A stretch of 64,000 bases of DNA, taken from the NCBI GenBank assembly GCA_964016885.1, contig CAXHJY010000694.1, forward strand, positions 1 through 64,000, in the 5' to 3' direction. The DNA comes from Eledone cirrhosa. Lineage: Eukaryota. Both the position numbers and the translations under genes were made by a program. This document shows positions 26,367 through 40,072 of the stretch, piece by piece. The notes beneath the pieces were generated by a model that did not search any database, had not been told where the DNA came from, and saw only the letters and a program-made list of their open reading frames with translations. Position 1 is the stretch's first letter. Each line of letters starts with the position of its first letter.

Positions 26367-28184
26367 GATTATATCGCTAATACTTTAATTACAGAATCCT
26401 TTAACCGCCTATCATCATCTTAATAATTATCATCATCATCATCTTAATCATCATCATCTTAATCATCATCATCTTAATCATCATCATCATAAATGCTGTT
26501 CACTATAAAATGGTCGATATTGTTAGTTAATCATGTAACAGAATAAAATTGTAACATTTTGCCAGGTTTCGCCATATTTTTATATATATTTATATATATT
26601 TATATTTATATATATCTATATATATTTATATTTTATATATATTTATATATATTATATATTTTATATATATATTATATATATATATATATATTTCTATATA
26701 TTTTTATCTATTTTTATATATATTTTTATCTATTTTTTTTTTTTTTTTATATATTTTTATATATTTCGTTATCCTTCATTGTCTTATTATTATCAATTTT
26801 TATTTTTTATTCTTAGTTTTCTTTCTTTATTGTTTGTAGATAATTGTTTAATAATTCGGTGACAATTATAAACCAACTCGATCGTTATTCTCCTTTCTGT
26901 AAACCACGAGACCACCATACTGGGAAATTATGCGAAACATTAAGCACACATATATATATATAAATACACACACATACGCATATGTGTGTGTATATATATG
27001 TGTATATGTATGTATGTATGTGTGTGTATATGTATGTATGTATGTGTGTGTATATATATGTGTATGTGTGTGTATATATATGTGTATGTGTGTGTATATA
27101 TATATGTGTGTGTGTGTATATATACATACATCTATATGTATATATATGTATATATATATGTATATATATATATATATCTATATGTGTGTATATGTGTGTG
27201 TATATATATATATATATAAATAGGCTAGTCGAACAAACTGTCTAATGAAAAATCTGTGAGCGTTTTCTCTCTCTCACTCCCCGCCTCTCTCTCACTATCT
27301 TTTTCATCTCTCTCTCTCCGTACCCCTCTATCTCCCCCTCCTCTCTCTCTCTCCCCCTCCTCTCTCTCTCTCTCTCTCTCCCCTCCCCTCCTCTCTCTCT
27401 CTATCTCTCCCCCTCCTCTCTCTCTCTATCTCTCCCCCTCCTCTCTCTCCCCTTCTCACTCTCTCCCCTTCTCACTCTCTCTCTCTCTCTCCCCTTCTCA
27501 CTCTCTCTCTCTCTCTCCCCTTCTCACTCTCTCTCACTCCTGCAGGAAGCTGCACCAACAGGATATTTCCATTTATAGCAAATGGTACTCAGTATTCCCC
27601 TTTGTTGAAAGCTTTATGAAGTTACTTGGCGAAAAGCTACCTGTTGTGCACTTACTATGACGTCATTTCCTGTTAACATTACCGGATGTAAGCTCCAGCA
27701 GTCACAACCGCAATATCTTCCATTTTTATTTGTTTTTCTATATTCTTTCTTTCATTAAACCTTTATTTATTTTTGTTTTTGTTCATCTTTTGTTGTTTTT
27801 GTTTTTTTTGTTGTGATTTTGTATTCATTATTAGGTTGTTACAGTTTATTATTATTAGTAGTAGTAGTGGTAGTAGTAGTAGTATCTGTTGCTATTATTG
27901 TTCTTGATGTTGGTGGTGGTTCTTTTTCAATATTTTGTGTTAGTCTTTTGTGATCATACTTTGTGGGTGTGTATGTGTGTATATATATATGTGTATATAC
28001 ACATTATATATATTTCTATAAATATATATAAGTATTTATTTATTTATATATATATGTATATATAGGTTCTTTCATTATGTTCATTGGTAACAAGTGGGTG
28101 GGGTTGGACAGAGACATGAATGAGATATTATGTAGTGCCACCCCTTTCACACCCTGACATTCCCATTCATAAGCACAGAGAAAC

Positions 28185-28226
<42 letters not shown>

Positions 28227-28533
28227 AGAAATTGAGTGAGAACGCAAGGATATATATACATATATATGTGCGTATGTATGGGTGTATAAATGAACAAGTA
28301 TATACTGGAGCTTAGTGATTAAAACATGGGAAAAATGGACAGATGGAGGCATGGTAAGTGGACCTTAAAAATAGCAGGAGGAGCACTGTACGTACGTTTC
28401 CATGGTAATATGTACGTATATATATATATACATTATATACAGTAACTCATACACACCTACATACACACAGGGATACTTACCTACTTACATATCTCTATCC
28501 ATGCATAGATACACACACATACACACACATACA

Positions 28534-28693
<160 letters not shown>

Positions 28694-28786
28694 TATATAT
28701 ATATACACGCATATATCTATTCATGCATAGATACATACATGCACACATATATACATATACACACACATACATACATGTCTCTGTTA

Positions 28787-29078
28787 ACGTGGTGGCTTAG
28801 TTGTTAGGCTGTTCGCTTGACGATCCTGAGTTCGTGAGTTCGATTCCAGACGGCGCCTTGTTACTTCATGTTGTTCCAGTTCAGGCAACCAGAAAAAAAT
28901 GTGTTGCACCAGTAATTCAAATTTCCAGCTTTGACACATCATATGTCACGCTGAATCTCCCTGAGAAATATGTTAAAGGTAGATGAATGCTTGGGCAAAA
29001 TGCTGAATATCCTATACAAACTCTTGCACCGATTGAAAACAATTGGAACAATCGCCATCGGATTGACGGAGGTCCTAC
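28787..29078 (+). mobile_element. SINE family B copy (CORE-like box partly deleted)
   Basis: GTGGCTTAGTTGTTAGG A box, GAGTTCGATTCC B box, GTCACGCTGAATCTCCCTGAGAA body as in the 24275 copy. Confidence 0.75.
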
Positions 29079-31010
29079 ACATATATATATAGACGGAGGT
29101 CCTACACATATATATAGACGGAGGTCCTACACATATACATATATATAGACGGAGGTCCTACACATATATATATATATATATAGACGGAGGTCCTACACAT
29201 ATATATATATAGACGGAGGTCCTACACATATATATATATAGACGGAGGTCCTACACACATATATATATAGACGGAGGTCCTACACATATATATATATAGA
29301 CGGAGGTCCTATATATATATATAGACGGAGGTCCTACACATATATATATATAGACGGAGGTCCTACACATATATATATATAGACGGAGGTCCTACACATA
29401 TATATAGACGGAGGTCCTACACATATATATATATAGACGGAGGTCCTACACATATATATATATAGACGGAGGTCCTACACATATATATATATATAGACGG
29501 AGGTCCTACACATATATATATAGATGGAGGTCCTACACATATATATATAGACGGAGGTCCTACACATATATATATATAGACGGAGGTCCTACACATATAT
29601 ATATATAGACGGAGGTCCTACATATATATATATATAGACGGAGGTCCTACACACACATATATATAGACGGAGGTCCTACACATATATATATATAGACGGA
29701 GGTCCTACACATATATATATATAGACGGAGGTCCTACACATATATATATATATATAGACGGAGGTCCTACACATATATATATATAGACGGAGGTCCTACA
29801 CATATATATATATATATAGACGGAGGTCCTACACATATATATATATAGACGGAGGTCCTACACATATATATATATAAACGGAGGTCCTACACATATATAT
29901 AGACGGAGGTCCTACACACATATATATAGACGGAGGTCCTACACATATATATATAGACGGAGGTCCTACACACACATATATATAGACGAAGGTCCTACAT
30001 ATATATATATAGACGGAGGTCCTACACATATATATATATAGACGGAGGTCCTACACATATATATAGACGGAGGTCCTACACATATATATAGACGGAGGTC
30101 CTACACATATATATATAGACGGAGGTCCTACACACACATATATATAGACGAAGGTCCTACATATATATATATAGACGGAGGTCCTACACACACATATATA
30201 TAGACGAAGGTCCTACATATATATATATATATATATAGACGGAGGTCCTACACACACATATATATAGACGGAGGTCCTACATATATATATATATAGACGG
30301 AGGTCCTACACATATATATATAGACGGAGGTCCTACACATATATATATATAGACGGAGGTCCTACACATATATATATATAGACGGAGGTCCTACACATAT
30401 ATATAAGACGGAGGTCCTACACATATATATATAGACGGAGGTCCTACACATATATATATAGACGGAGGTCCTACACATATATATATATAGACGGAGGTCC
30501 TACACATATATATATATAGACGGAGGTCCTACACATATATATATATAGACGGAGGTCCTACACATATATATAGACGGAGGTCCTACACACACATATATAT
30601 AGACGGAGGTCCTACACACACATATATATAGACGAAGGTCCTACATATATATATATAGACGGAGGTCCTACACACACATATATATAGACGAAGGTCCTAC
30701 ATATATATATATATAGACGGAGGTCCTACACACACATATATATAGACGGAGGTCCTACATATATATATATAGACGGAGGTCCTACACATATATATATATA
30801 GACGGAGGTCCTACACATATATATATATAGACGGAGGTCCTACATATATATATATATAGACGGAGGTCCTACATATATATATATATATATAGACGGAGGT
30901 CCTACATATATATATATATAGACGGAGGTCCTACATATATATATATATAGACGGAGGTCCTACACATATATATAGACGGAGGTCCTACATATATATATAT
31001 ATAGACGGAC
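29065..31010. repeat. Minisatellite GACGGAGGTCCTACACA + (TA)n, roughly 65-70 units
   Basis: Direct inspection; the first unit is the 3' end of the upstream SINE. Confidence 0.95.
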
Positions 31011-31090
31011 AGACACAGACGTTTAATAAAAAGATGTACACATAAAACTGTCTTTCTTATTCATAATATATATATATATATATATATATT

Positions 31091-34000
31091 CTGTTTCCCT
31101 TTCCCTTTCCCCCTTTCCCTTCCCCCTTTCCCTTTCCCCCTTTCCCCCTTTCCCTTTCCCCCTTTCCCTTTCCCCCTTTCCCCCTTTCCCTTCTCCCTTT
31201 CCCTCTTTCCCTCTCCCTCTTTCCCTCTCCCTCTTTCCCTTTCCCCTTTCCCTTTCCCTCTGTCCCTTTCCCCCTTTCCCTTTCTCCCCCTATCCCTTTC
31301 CCTCTTTCCCTTTCTCCCTCTTTCCCTTTCCCTCTTCCCTTTCCCTCTATCCCTTTCCCCCTTTCCCTTTCCCTCTGTCCCTTTCCCCCTTTCCCTTTCC
31401 CCCTATCCCTTTCCCTCTTTCCCTTTCTCCCTCTTTCCCTTTCCCTCTTTCCCCCTCTTTCCCTTTCCCTCTTTCCCTTTCCCTCTATCCCTTTCCCTCT
31501 ATCCCTCTCCCTCTATCCCTTTCCCCCTTTCCCTTTCCCCCTTTCCCTTTCCCTCTTTCCCTCTTTCCCTTTCCCCCTTTCCCTTTCCCTCTTTCCCTCT
31601 CCCTCTTTCCCTTTCCCTCTCCCCCTTTCCATTTCCCTCTCCCCCTTTCCATTTCCCTCTTTCCCTCTTTCCCTTTCCCTCTCCCCCTTTCCCCCTTTCC
31701 CTCTATCCCTTTCCCTCTTTCCCTTTCACCCATATCCCTTTCCTCTTTCCCTTTTTCCTCTTTCCCTTTTTCCTTTTCCCTCTTTCCCCCTCCCTCTTTC
31801 CCTTTCCCTCTCTCCCTCTTTCCCTTTCCCCTTTCCCTCTCTCCCTCTCTCCCTTTCCCCCTCTCTCCCTTTCCCCTCATTCCCTTCCCCCTCATTCCCT
31901 TTCCCCCTCATTCCCTTCCCCCTTTCCCCTTTCCCTCTATCCCTTTCCCTCTTTCCGTTTCCCCCTTTCCCTTCCCCCCTTTCCCTTCCCCCTTTCCCTT
32001 TCCCCCCTATCCCTTTCCCCCTATCCCTTTCTCCCCCTTTCCCTTTCTCCCTCTATCCCTTTCTCCCCCTTTTCCTCTTTCCCTTTTTCCCCCTCCCTCT
32101 TTCCCCCTCCCTCTTTCCCTCTCCCTCTCTCCCCCTTTCCCCCTTTCCCCTTTCCCTCTCTCCCTTTTCCCCCTTTCCCTTTTCCCTCTCTCCCTTTTTC
32201 CCCCTTTCCCTTTTCCCTCTATCCCTCTCTCCCTTTTTCCCCCTTTCCCTTTTCCCTCTTTCCCTCTTCCCTTTCCCCCCCCTTTCCCCTCCCTCCTTTC
32301 CCCTCTTTCCCCTTTCCCTCTTTTTCCCTCTCCCCATTTCCCTTTCCGTCTCTCCCTTTCCCTCCCTCCCTCCCTCTTTCCCTTTCTCCCCCTTTCCCTT
32401 TCTCTCTTTCCCTTTTTCCTTTTCTCCCTCCCCCTTTCCCTCTTTCTCCCTCCCCCTTTCCCTCTTTCCCTCTCTCCCTTTCCCCCTCCTTCTTTCACCC
32501 TTTCCCTCCCCCTTTCCTCCTTTCCCCCTTTCCTTCCCCCTTTCCTCCTTTCCCCCTTTCCTTCCTCCTTTCCTCCTTTCCCCCCTTTCCTTCCTCCTTT
32601 CCTCCTTTCCCCCTTTCCCTCTCCCCCTTTCCCCCTTTCCCTCTCCCCCTTTCCCCCTTTCTCCCCTATCCCTTTCCCTCTTTCCCTTTCTCCCCCTTTC
32701 CCTCTTTCCCCCTTTCTCCCCCTTTCCCTCTTTCCCTTTCCCCCTTTCCCTCTTTCCCTTTCCCTCTTTCCCTTTCCCCCTTTCCCTCTTTCCCTTTCCC
32801 CCTTTCCCTCTTTCCCTTTCCCCCTTTCCCTCTTTCCCTTTCCCCCTTTCCCCCTTTCCCTTTCCCCCTTTCGCCCTTTCCCTCCTTCCCTCCCTCTTTC
32901 CCCTCCCTCCCTCTTTCCCCTCCCTCCCTCCCTCTTTCTCCCTCTATCTCTTTCCCTATCTCCCTCTATCCCTTTCCCCCTTTCCCTTTTCCTCCCCCTT
33001 TCCCTTTTCCTCCTATTTTCCTCTTCCCCCCCTTTTCCTTCCCTCTTTCCCTTTCCCCCTCTCCCTTTCCATCCCCCTTTCCCCTCTCCCTTTCCCCCTC
33101 CCTCTTTCCCTTTCCCTCTCCCTCTCCCTCTTTCCCCCTCTCTCTTTCCCCCTCTCTCTTTCCCTTTACCTCTTTCCCTCCCCCCTCTCCCCTCTCCCCT
33201 CTTTCCCTTTTCCCCTTTTCCCTCTTTCCCTTTCTCTTTCCTTTTCTCTTTCCCTCTCTCCCCCTCTCTTTCCCCCCTCTCCTCTCTTTCCCCCCTTTCC
33301 CTCTCCCCCTTTCCCCCCTTTCCCTTTCCTCCCTTTCCCTCCTTTCCCTTTCCCTCCTTCCCTCGCTCTTTCCCCTCCCTCCCTCTTTCTCTCTTTCTCT
33401 CTTTCCCTATCTCCCTCTATCCCTTTCCCCTCCTTCCCTCTTTCCCTTCCCCCCTTCCCTCTTTCCCCCCTTCCCTCTTTCCCTTTCCCCCCTTCCCTCT
33501 TTCCCCCCTTCCCTCTTTCCCTCTTTCCCTTTCCCCCCTTTCCCTTTCCCCCCTTTCCCTTCCCCCCTTTCCCTTCCTCCCTTTCCTCCCTTTCCCTCCT
33601 TCCCTTTCCCTCCTTCCCTTTCCCTCCTTCCCTTTCCTCCCTCCCCTCCCTCCCTCTTTCCCCTCCCTCTTTCTCTCTTTCCCTATCTCCCTCTATCCCT
33701 TTCCCTCTATCCCTTTCCCTCTTTCCTTTCCCTCCTCTTTCCCCTTCCCTCTATCCCTTTTCCTCCCCCTTTTCCTCCCCTCTTCCCTCTATCCCTTTCC
33801 CCCTCTCCCTTTCCATCCCCCTTTTCCCTCTCCCTTTCCCTCTCTCCCTCTCCCCCTTTCCCCATTTCCCTTTCCCTTTCCCTCCCTCTTTCCCTTTCCC
33901 CTCCCTCTTTCTCTCTTTCCCTATTTCCTTTTTTCCCCCTCTCTCTCCTCTCCTTTCTCTCTCTCTCCTCTCCTTTCTCTCTCTCTCCTCTCCTTTCTCT

Positions 34001-34310
34001 CCCTCTCCTCTCCTTTCTCTCCTTTCTCTCTCTCTCCCCTTCCTCTCTCTCTATCCCCTTCCTCTCTCTCTCTCCTTCCTCTCTCTCTCTCCTTCCTCTC
34101 TCTCCTCTCCTTCCTCTCCTCTCCTCTCCTTCCTCTCCTCTCTCCTCTCTCCTCTCTCCTCTCCCCTCCCCTCTCTCCCCTCTCTCCTCTCTCCTCTCCT
34201 CTCCCCCCTCCCTCTCTCTCTCCTCCCCTCCCTCCTCCCTCTCTCTCTCCTCCCCTCCCTCTCTCTCCTCCCCTCCCCTCCCCCTCTCCCCCCCTCTCTC
34301 TCCCTGCTTC
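31091..34310. repeat. 3.2-kb polypyrimidine/polypurine tract (CCCTTT-like)
   Basis: Almost exclusively C/T on the + strand. Confidence 0.97.
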
Positions 34311-34720
34311 ATGTCAATGGAATAGCAACATCACAACTTACAATTAAGGACAAAATGAAAACACAGACACCCGGATGTAACCCATGCGCAAACTAAGCAC
34401 AACACAAAGAAAAGAGGTCACAGAATGTGTGACAATATATGAACAACCGTCCGGTTGTGGAACCAGCCGGACATTTATAATTTAATTTATAATAAATTGG
34501 AGTGAAAGCAACTGGTGCGTGTGTTTCTTATTGGCAACATGACCCTCCCAAAGTATAACAATATATATATACTAACAAATGATTGCATACCCTTGAAACA
34601 GTTCTAGTCCCGTAGAAGCCATTTCTCTATAAAAATAAATATGCTTAGTCTCTACTAACGTATTGCGTACTCTATTTAACCAAGATTTTTCCGTATCTTC
34701 TTTGCAATACCACCATTCTT

Positions 34721-35186
34721 CATCTAAGTCTTCCCGAGTCTTCCCTCCATCTAAGTCTTCCCGAGTCTTCCCTCCATCTAAGTCTTCCCGAGTCTTCCCT
34801 CCATCTAAGTCTTTCTAAGTCTTCCCGAGTCTTCCCTCCATCTAAGTCTTCCCGAGTCTTCCCTCCATCTAAGTCTTCCCGAGTCATCCCTCCATCTAAG
34901 TCTTCCCGAGTCATCCCTCCATCTAAGTCTTCCCGAGTCTTCCCTCCATCTAAGTCTTCCCGAGTCTTCCCTCCATCTAAGTCTTTCTAAGTCTTCCCGA
35001 GTCTTCCCTCCATCTAAGTCTTCCCGAGTCTTCCCTCCATCTAAGTCTTCCCGAGTCTTCCCTCCATCTAAGTCTTCCCGAGTCTTCCCTCCATCTAAGT
35101 CTTCCCGAGTCTTCCCTCCATCTAAGTCTTCCCGAGTCTTCCCTCCATCTAAGTCTTTCTAAGTCTTCCCGAGTCATCCCTCCATC
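34721..35186. repeat. 27-bp minisatellite CATCTAAGTCTTCCCGAGTCTTCCCTC with 172-bp higher-order period
   Basis: 10-bp insertion recurs at 34812, 34984, 35156. Confidence 0.93.
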
Positions 35187-36059
35187 GAAGGTGAAGCATT
35201 CAGTTTGCTTTTTCTAATGACTAAAATATATTCGGCTTGCCCCACCTGTATACTCATATATTTCTCTGCTAACTGGAGCAGTTGTACCAACCTATTGACG
35301 AATTACAAAAGACAGTCCAATGCCAACCGACCATAGTTATATATATTATAGAGATTATTTTCCCAACGACTAAGCTTATACACTTTCGATAGCTAACGAA
35401 ACCGTGGCAGGAGGGGACAAATAAAATAGATAAGAGGAATATATAGAAATATTTTCATGATTTACAAAATTATACTGATTCCGTGTCATAAATTTTAATT
35501 ACCTTCTTTAAAAAAGAGTTATTTCATTATAAACACATAATGGACTCCTCCATTTGAAGGAATGTTGACTCGCCCACTTTTTTCACTCTCCTGTATCTCT
35601 ATGCTGTTGAAATACGCAGCAAAATTCAAAGCCAGACCATAAAGTAATGGTTACTGACACAAATGTAAGTAACTTTCAAATATTTAGCTAGTTGTTCTTG
35701 AAGTTATTTTGCAGCCATTAGATATGATAGTGTATTGTAATTTTCTCAAAGACTCACATAAACGACAAGAATTCAACCGTCGGTTCTCGACTCTAATATA
35801 TTTACACTCTACTATCCCAAGTATCGAGTACTCTGGTGGATAACTGTCTCGCTAGTTTAAAACTGGTATAATCCTCGTCTAGTTCTCTGTGACAATATTA
35901 TTAAACAACGATGGATATTTTCTGAGAAGAAGGTGACTGTTTTTTTTTATTATTATTTTGTTTTACGACAGAGAAGACACTAATAAAATGTATTGCAACG
36001 CTTCCTGCGTCTCAAATAAGTTATATATTTATCTATATATAATTTCTAAAATATGTACA

Positions 36060-36372
36060 GCCCCAGTGCTTGACTGGTTGATACTTTATTTTGTTGACTT
36101 CGGCAGAATTGATAAAATAAACTACCAGAAACTCACTGAGGTCAATTTAATCGACATTCTCCTCCCCTCAAATTGTTGGCCTTGTGGATAGACAGTACCG
36201 GTAGAGCTTCAGACATGCTTAGCGGCATATAGTTACATCCCTTTACGTTCTGAGTTCAAATCCGGCCGAGGTTGATAAAATAAAGTACCAGTAATGCACT
36301 GGCGTCGATTTAATCGACTTTCCTCTCTTCCTTTCAAATTTCTGGCCATGTGCTAAATGTAGAAATTATTTT
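36060..36372 (+). mobile_element. Rearranged, diverged SINE family A copies
   Basis: B box GAGTTCAAATCC, GATAAAATAAAGTACCAG, GTCGATTTAATCGAC; a short inverted piece at the left end. Confidence 0.75.
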
Positions 36373-37154
36373 TACTATTACTTTCTTAATTTTATTAATC
36401 TCGGATTAAATTCTGGAAGCCTGATATAGATATTTCTAACATTTTTATTTCTTAGAGATATAAAGTTTCTAATGGAAGCCGTTAGATTAATCAACAGTAA
36501 TTTGTTAAAGGATGTCATGCCAAATCCGCGAGTAGCATTAAAAGTATCTATAACTGTGGCGATGGTGGAGGAGAGAGAGATGTTTTAGTAAAATAAAGTT
36601 TATAAAGACATAACTGTGATAGTTTCTGGCACAAGACAGGTTAAGTTATTTGGCAACTTTGTCAATCTTAACTATAATAAAGAAAAGAGTACGGGACTGC
36701 CTCCAGAATATATATTTTTTTTAACCCGATTTGTAAAATAAGTTGGATTGCTTTGAATAAATAATGAATGAATATTGCATAATTTATCTAAATTTCGTAA
36801 ATCTTGATTAAATATATTTTATTGCTTACTTAAAGATTCACTTCTTTAAAATGTTCAAATGTAAACACTTCCGATTATATTAAACAATTATAAAACCATC
36901 GTATATATTTCCGTCGCTAATTTTATTGCTTAATGCAGTTTATATATAATATCATCTTTTTTAAATATATCATGGATTAATTTACTGATTACAGAAGAGA
37001 GTGTAACACAGACTCTCTTCAATTTCTGTGGATATTGTCAATTATGATATTATTTGACATATCACATCTACATGTACATATATTTGCGAAATAAGGTGAT
37101 TCGAACTCAAGAAAAAATATTTCAGTTAAATTATTATGTTTATATTTTTCAGCA

Positions 37155-37185
<31 letters not shown>

Positions 37186-37841
37186 TTCTCTTTCTTTTTC
37201 TCTTTCTTTCTCTTTCTTTCTCTTTCTTTCTCTTTCTTTCTCTTTCTTTCTCTTTCTTTCTTTCTCTTTCTTTCTTTCTTTCTCTCTCTTTCTTTCTCTC
37301 TCTTCTTTCTTTCTCTCTCTTTCTTTCTCTCTCTTTCTTTCTCTTTCTTTCTCTCTCTTTCTTTCTCTCTCTTTCTTTCTCTCTCTTTCTCTCGGATTTG
37401 AAACTTTGATGCTGACTTTAACTTAACATTGCCATCATTCTTGTCTTCTAGGATACCTTTTGAAGAAGTCTCTATTTTGTGGCGAAAGCAAGTTAAGTGC
37501 GACAAATTTCATATAACAATATTTATATTTCTTGTTTTCTTTTACTTTTTTCTTGTTTTCTTTTACTTTTTTCTTGTTTTCTTTTACTTTTTTCTTGTTT
37601 TCTTGTACTTTTTTCTTGTTTTTCATCCGTATACAGTTTCAGATTACCAAGACTCACGTACCCGCGTTCATTATTCTATTTCTAATTAAAGAAATGTGTC
37701 TATCTACCATTACTCTCTCTACACACACACACATTGTATCGCGACTTTTGGTCCATCCTGAGGAAAAATAATTATCTTTTTATAAACAATTAATAAATAT
37801 GGAAACTTAAAATGTAATTATTTTTCCAATGTATTGTGACC

Positions 37842-37917
<76 letters not shown>

Positions 37918-38164
37918 CTATTCTCTCTCTCCATACACACACATACACAATGGTATCCACATGTTTATGGTGGCGGGGCAGTCTTAGAGATTATTACAAC
38001 GAGAACATGTGGTGAAAGCTATAGTTTCTGTTGTAGGTTCTCATCACAAAAGGTTACATCTCATTGTCTTCTTCAGAAAGGATCGTAAAACAATGAACTA
38101 ATTAAGAACCTATCTTCGACTTTTGTTTTATTTTTATCATCCAATATATATATAATAGTGAAGA

Positions 38165-38760
38165 CGCGTGGCTGAGTGGTTAGAGAAATGGATTCGCAAT
38201 CGTGAGGTTGTCAGTCCGCGTGGCTGAGTGGTTAGAGAATTGGATTCGCAATCGTGAGGTTGTCAGTCCGCGTGGCTGAGTGGTTAGAGAATTGGATTCG
38301 CAATCGTGAGGTTGTCAGTTCGCGTTGCTGAGTGGTTAGAGAATTGGATTCGCAATCGTGATGTTGTCAGTTCGCGTTGCTGAGTGGTTAGAGAATTGGA
38401 TTCGCAATCGTGAGGTTGTCAGTTCGCGTGGCTGAGTGGTTAGAGAATTGGATTCGCAATCGTGAGGTTGTCAGTTCGCGTGGCTGAGTGGTTAGAGAAT
38501 TGGATTCGCAATCGTGAGGTTGTCAGTTCGCGTGGCTGAGTGGTTAGAGAAATGGATTCGCAATCGTGAGGTTGTCAGTTCGCGTGGCTGAGTGGTTAGA
38601 GAATTGGATTCGCAATCGTGAGGTTGTCAGTTCGATTCCTGGACCGGGCGATGCGTCATGTCCTTGAGCAAGACACTTTATTTCACGTTGCGACCGATAG
38701 ATAATACTAGCAATTGGAAAGACCAACGGGAACATTGTTTCCTCGGTCCGATTTGTGAAA
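38165..38760 (+). mobile_element. SINE family B with its 52-bp tRNA-like head tandemly repeated 9 times
   Basis: Units start at 38165+52n up to 38581; the last continues GTTCGATTCC..GTCCTTGAGCAAGACACTTTATTTCACGTTGC. Confidence 0.92.
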
Positions 38761-38910
38761 AGTCGATCTACTGTCGATATATACCATCACCACCATTGTA
38801 TATGATATATAGTGTGGAAATAGATATAAGGCTGTGGACTGTAAGATGAAGGTAATTGCTGTTGTTTCTTTCGTCCTAATATTTCGGGTCTTAAAATTCC
38901 CTTCTTGCGA

Positions 38911-38951
<41 letters not shown>

Positions 38952-39097
38952 TGGTAACACAACAGTTAGTTCACCTTAGCGGATCTTCAGCTCGTACTAG
39001 TCATGGTTATACGGAACATATATATATAAATACATATATATATATATATATATTGAAAACAAAGCGAGGTTTCACATTAAGGTCTTTATTGATTATA

Positions 39098-39188
39098 CAC
39101 AGTAACGACCGTTTCACAGATGGGTGGCTCAGGATCTATATAAACGCTATAGACTCGACTCTCGTCTAATCTGATCATTAGATCTGTA
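39098..39188 (-). ncRNA. Decayed hammerhead ribozyme motif (Penelope pLTR-like remnant)
   Basis: Minus: TACAGAT-CTAATGA-T-CAGAT...ATCTG-T-GAAA-C-GGTC-G-TT-ACTGTG...AATAAA; core has G5->A. Confidence 0.5.
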
Positions 39189-39695
39189 AATGAAGCAAAG
39201 GCCAAAAAATATATATGCTATTCAGGTTCTCCATATTTAGTTTATGTCGATATCAAGTACATAAGGAGTCTTCTATGCTGGAAATCTTCTCAAAAGGGGC
39301 TTATGGATGGCTGTGTGGTTGAAGACACCACTATGGTTTTGGGTTCAATTCTACTGCACAGCACCTTGAGAGACTGTCCTATACTATAGCCTCAGTTTGA
39401 TTAATGCTTTGTGGGTACGAACTCCTTAACCACACAAACATGTCTGTGACTGGTCAGTTTTGTTTTTGTTTAACTTCTAAGTCATTGCCATATATTTCTT
39501 TGGAAATAAAACATTCAGTTAATATACATAAAATCACGCTCCTCTCTCTGTCTCTCTCTGTCCTCTCTCTGTCTCTCTCTGTCTCTCTCTGTCTCTCTCT
39601 GTCTCTCTCTGTCTCTCTCTCTCTCTGTCTCTCTCTCTCTGTCTCTCTCTGTCTGTCTCTCTCTGTCTCTCTCTCTCTGTCTCTCTCTCTCTCTG

Positions 39696-39726
<31 letters not shown>

Positions 39727-40034
39727 GTCTCTCTCTGGTCTCTCTCTCTGTCTCTCTGTCTCTCTGTCTCGCTCTCTCGCTCTCTGTCTCTCGCTGTCTC
39801 TCTGTCTGTCTCTGTCTCTCTGTGTCTCTCTGTGTCTCTCTCTGTCTCTCTCTCTGTCTCTCTCTGTCTCTCTGTGTCTCTCTCTGTCTCTCTCTGTCTC
39901 TGTATATATATTCTCTCTCTCTCTGTCTATATATATATATTCTCTCTCTCTCTGTGCCTGTGTGTGTTATATATATATATATATATATGTATATATGAAC
40001 ATATATTTCTGTATATATATATATATATATATAT

Positions 40035-40072
<38 letters not shown>

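Noticed and set aside
29065-31010. CRISPR-like repeat-spacer appearance
   Set aside because: Spacers are only (TA)n of varying length, the repeat derives from a SINE end, there are no cas genes, and the context is eukaryotic.
35690-35845. LQPLD motif suggesting a pogo transposase, or small exons near 35620-35715
   Set aside because: Surrounding residues do not fit a DDE domain and the frame closes quickly; splice signals alone are insufficient.
38018-38080. CTGAAGA...GAAAC on the minus strand as a hammerhead
   Set aside because: No stem II or stem I complementarity and no NUH site.
38165-38640. tRNA gene cluster
   Set aside because: Units lack a full T arm and acceptor stem; they are SINE heads.
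38955-38997. CTGAAGA-T-CC..GG-T-GAAC on the minus strand
   Set aside because: GAAA is incomplete and stem I is absent; at most a relic, not supportable.
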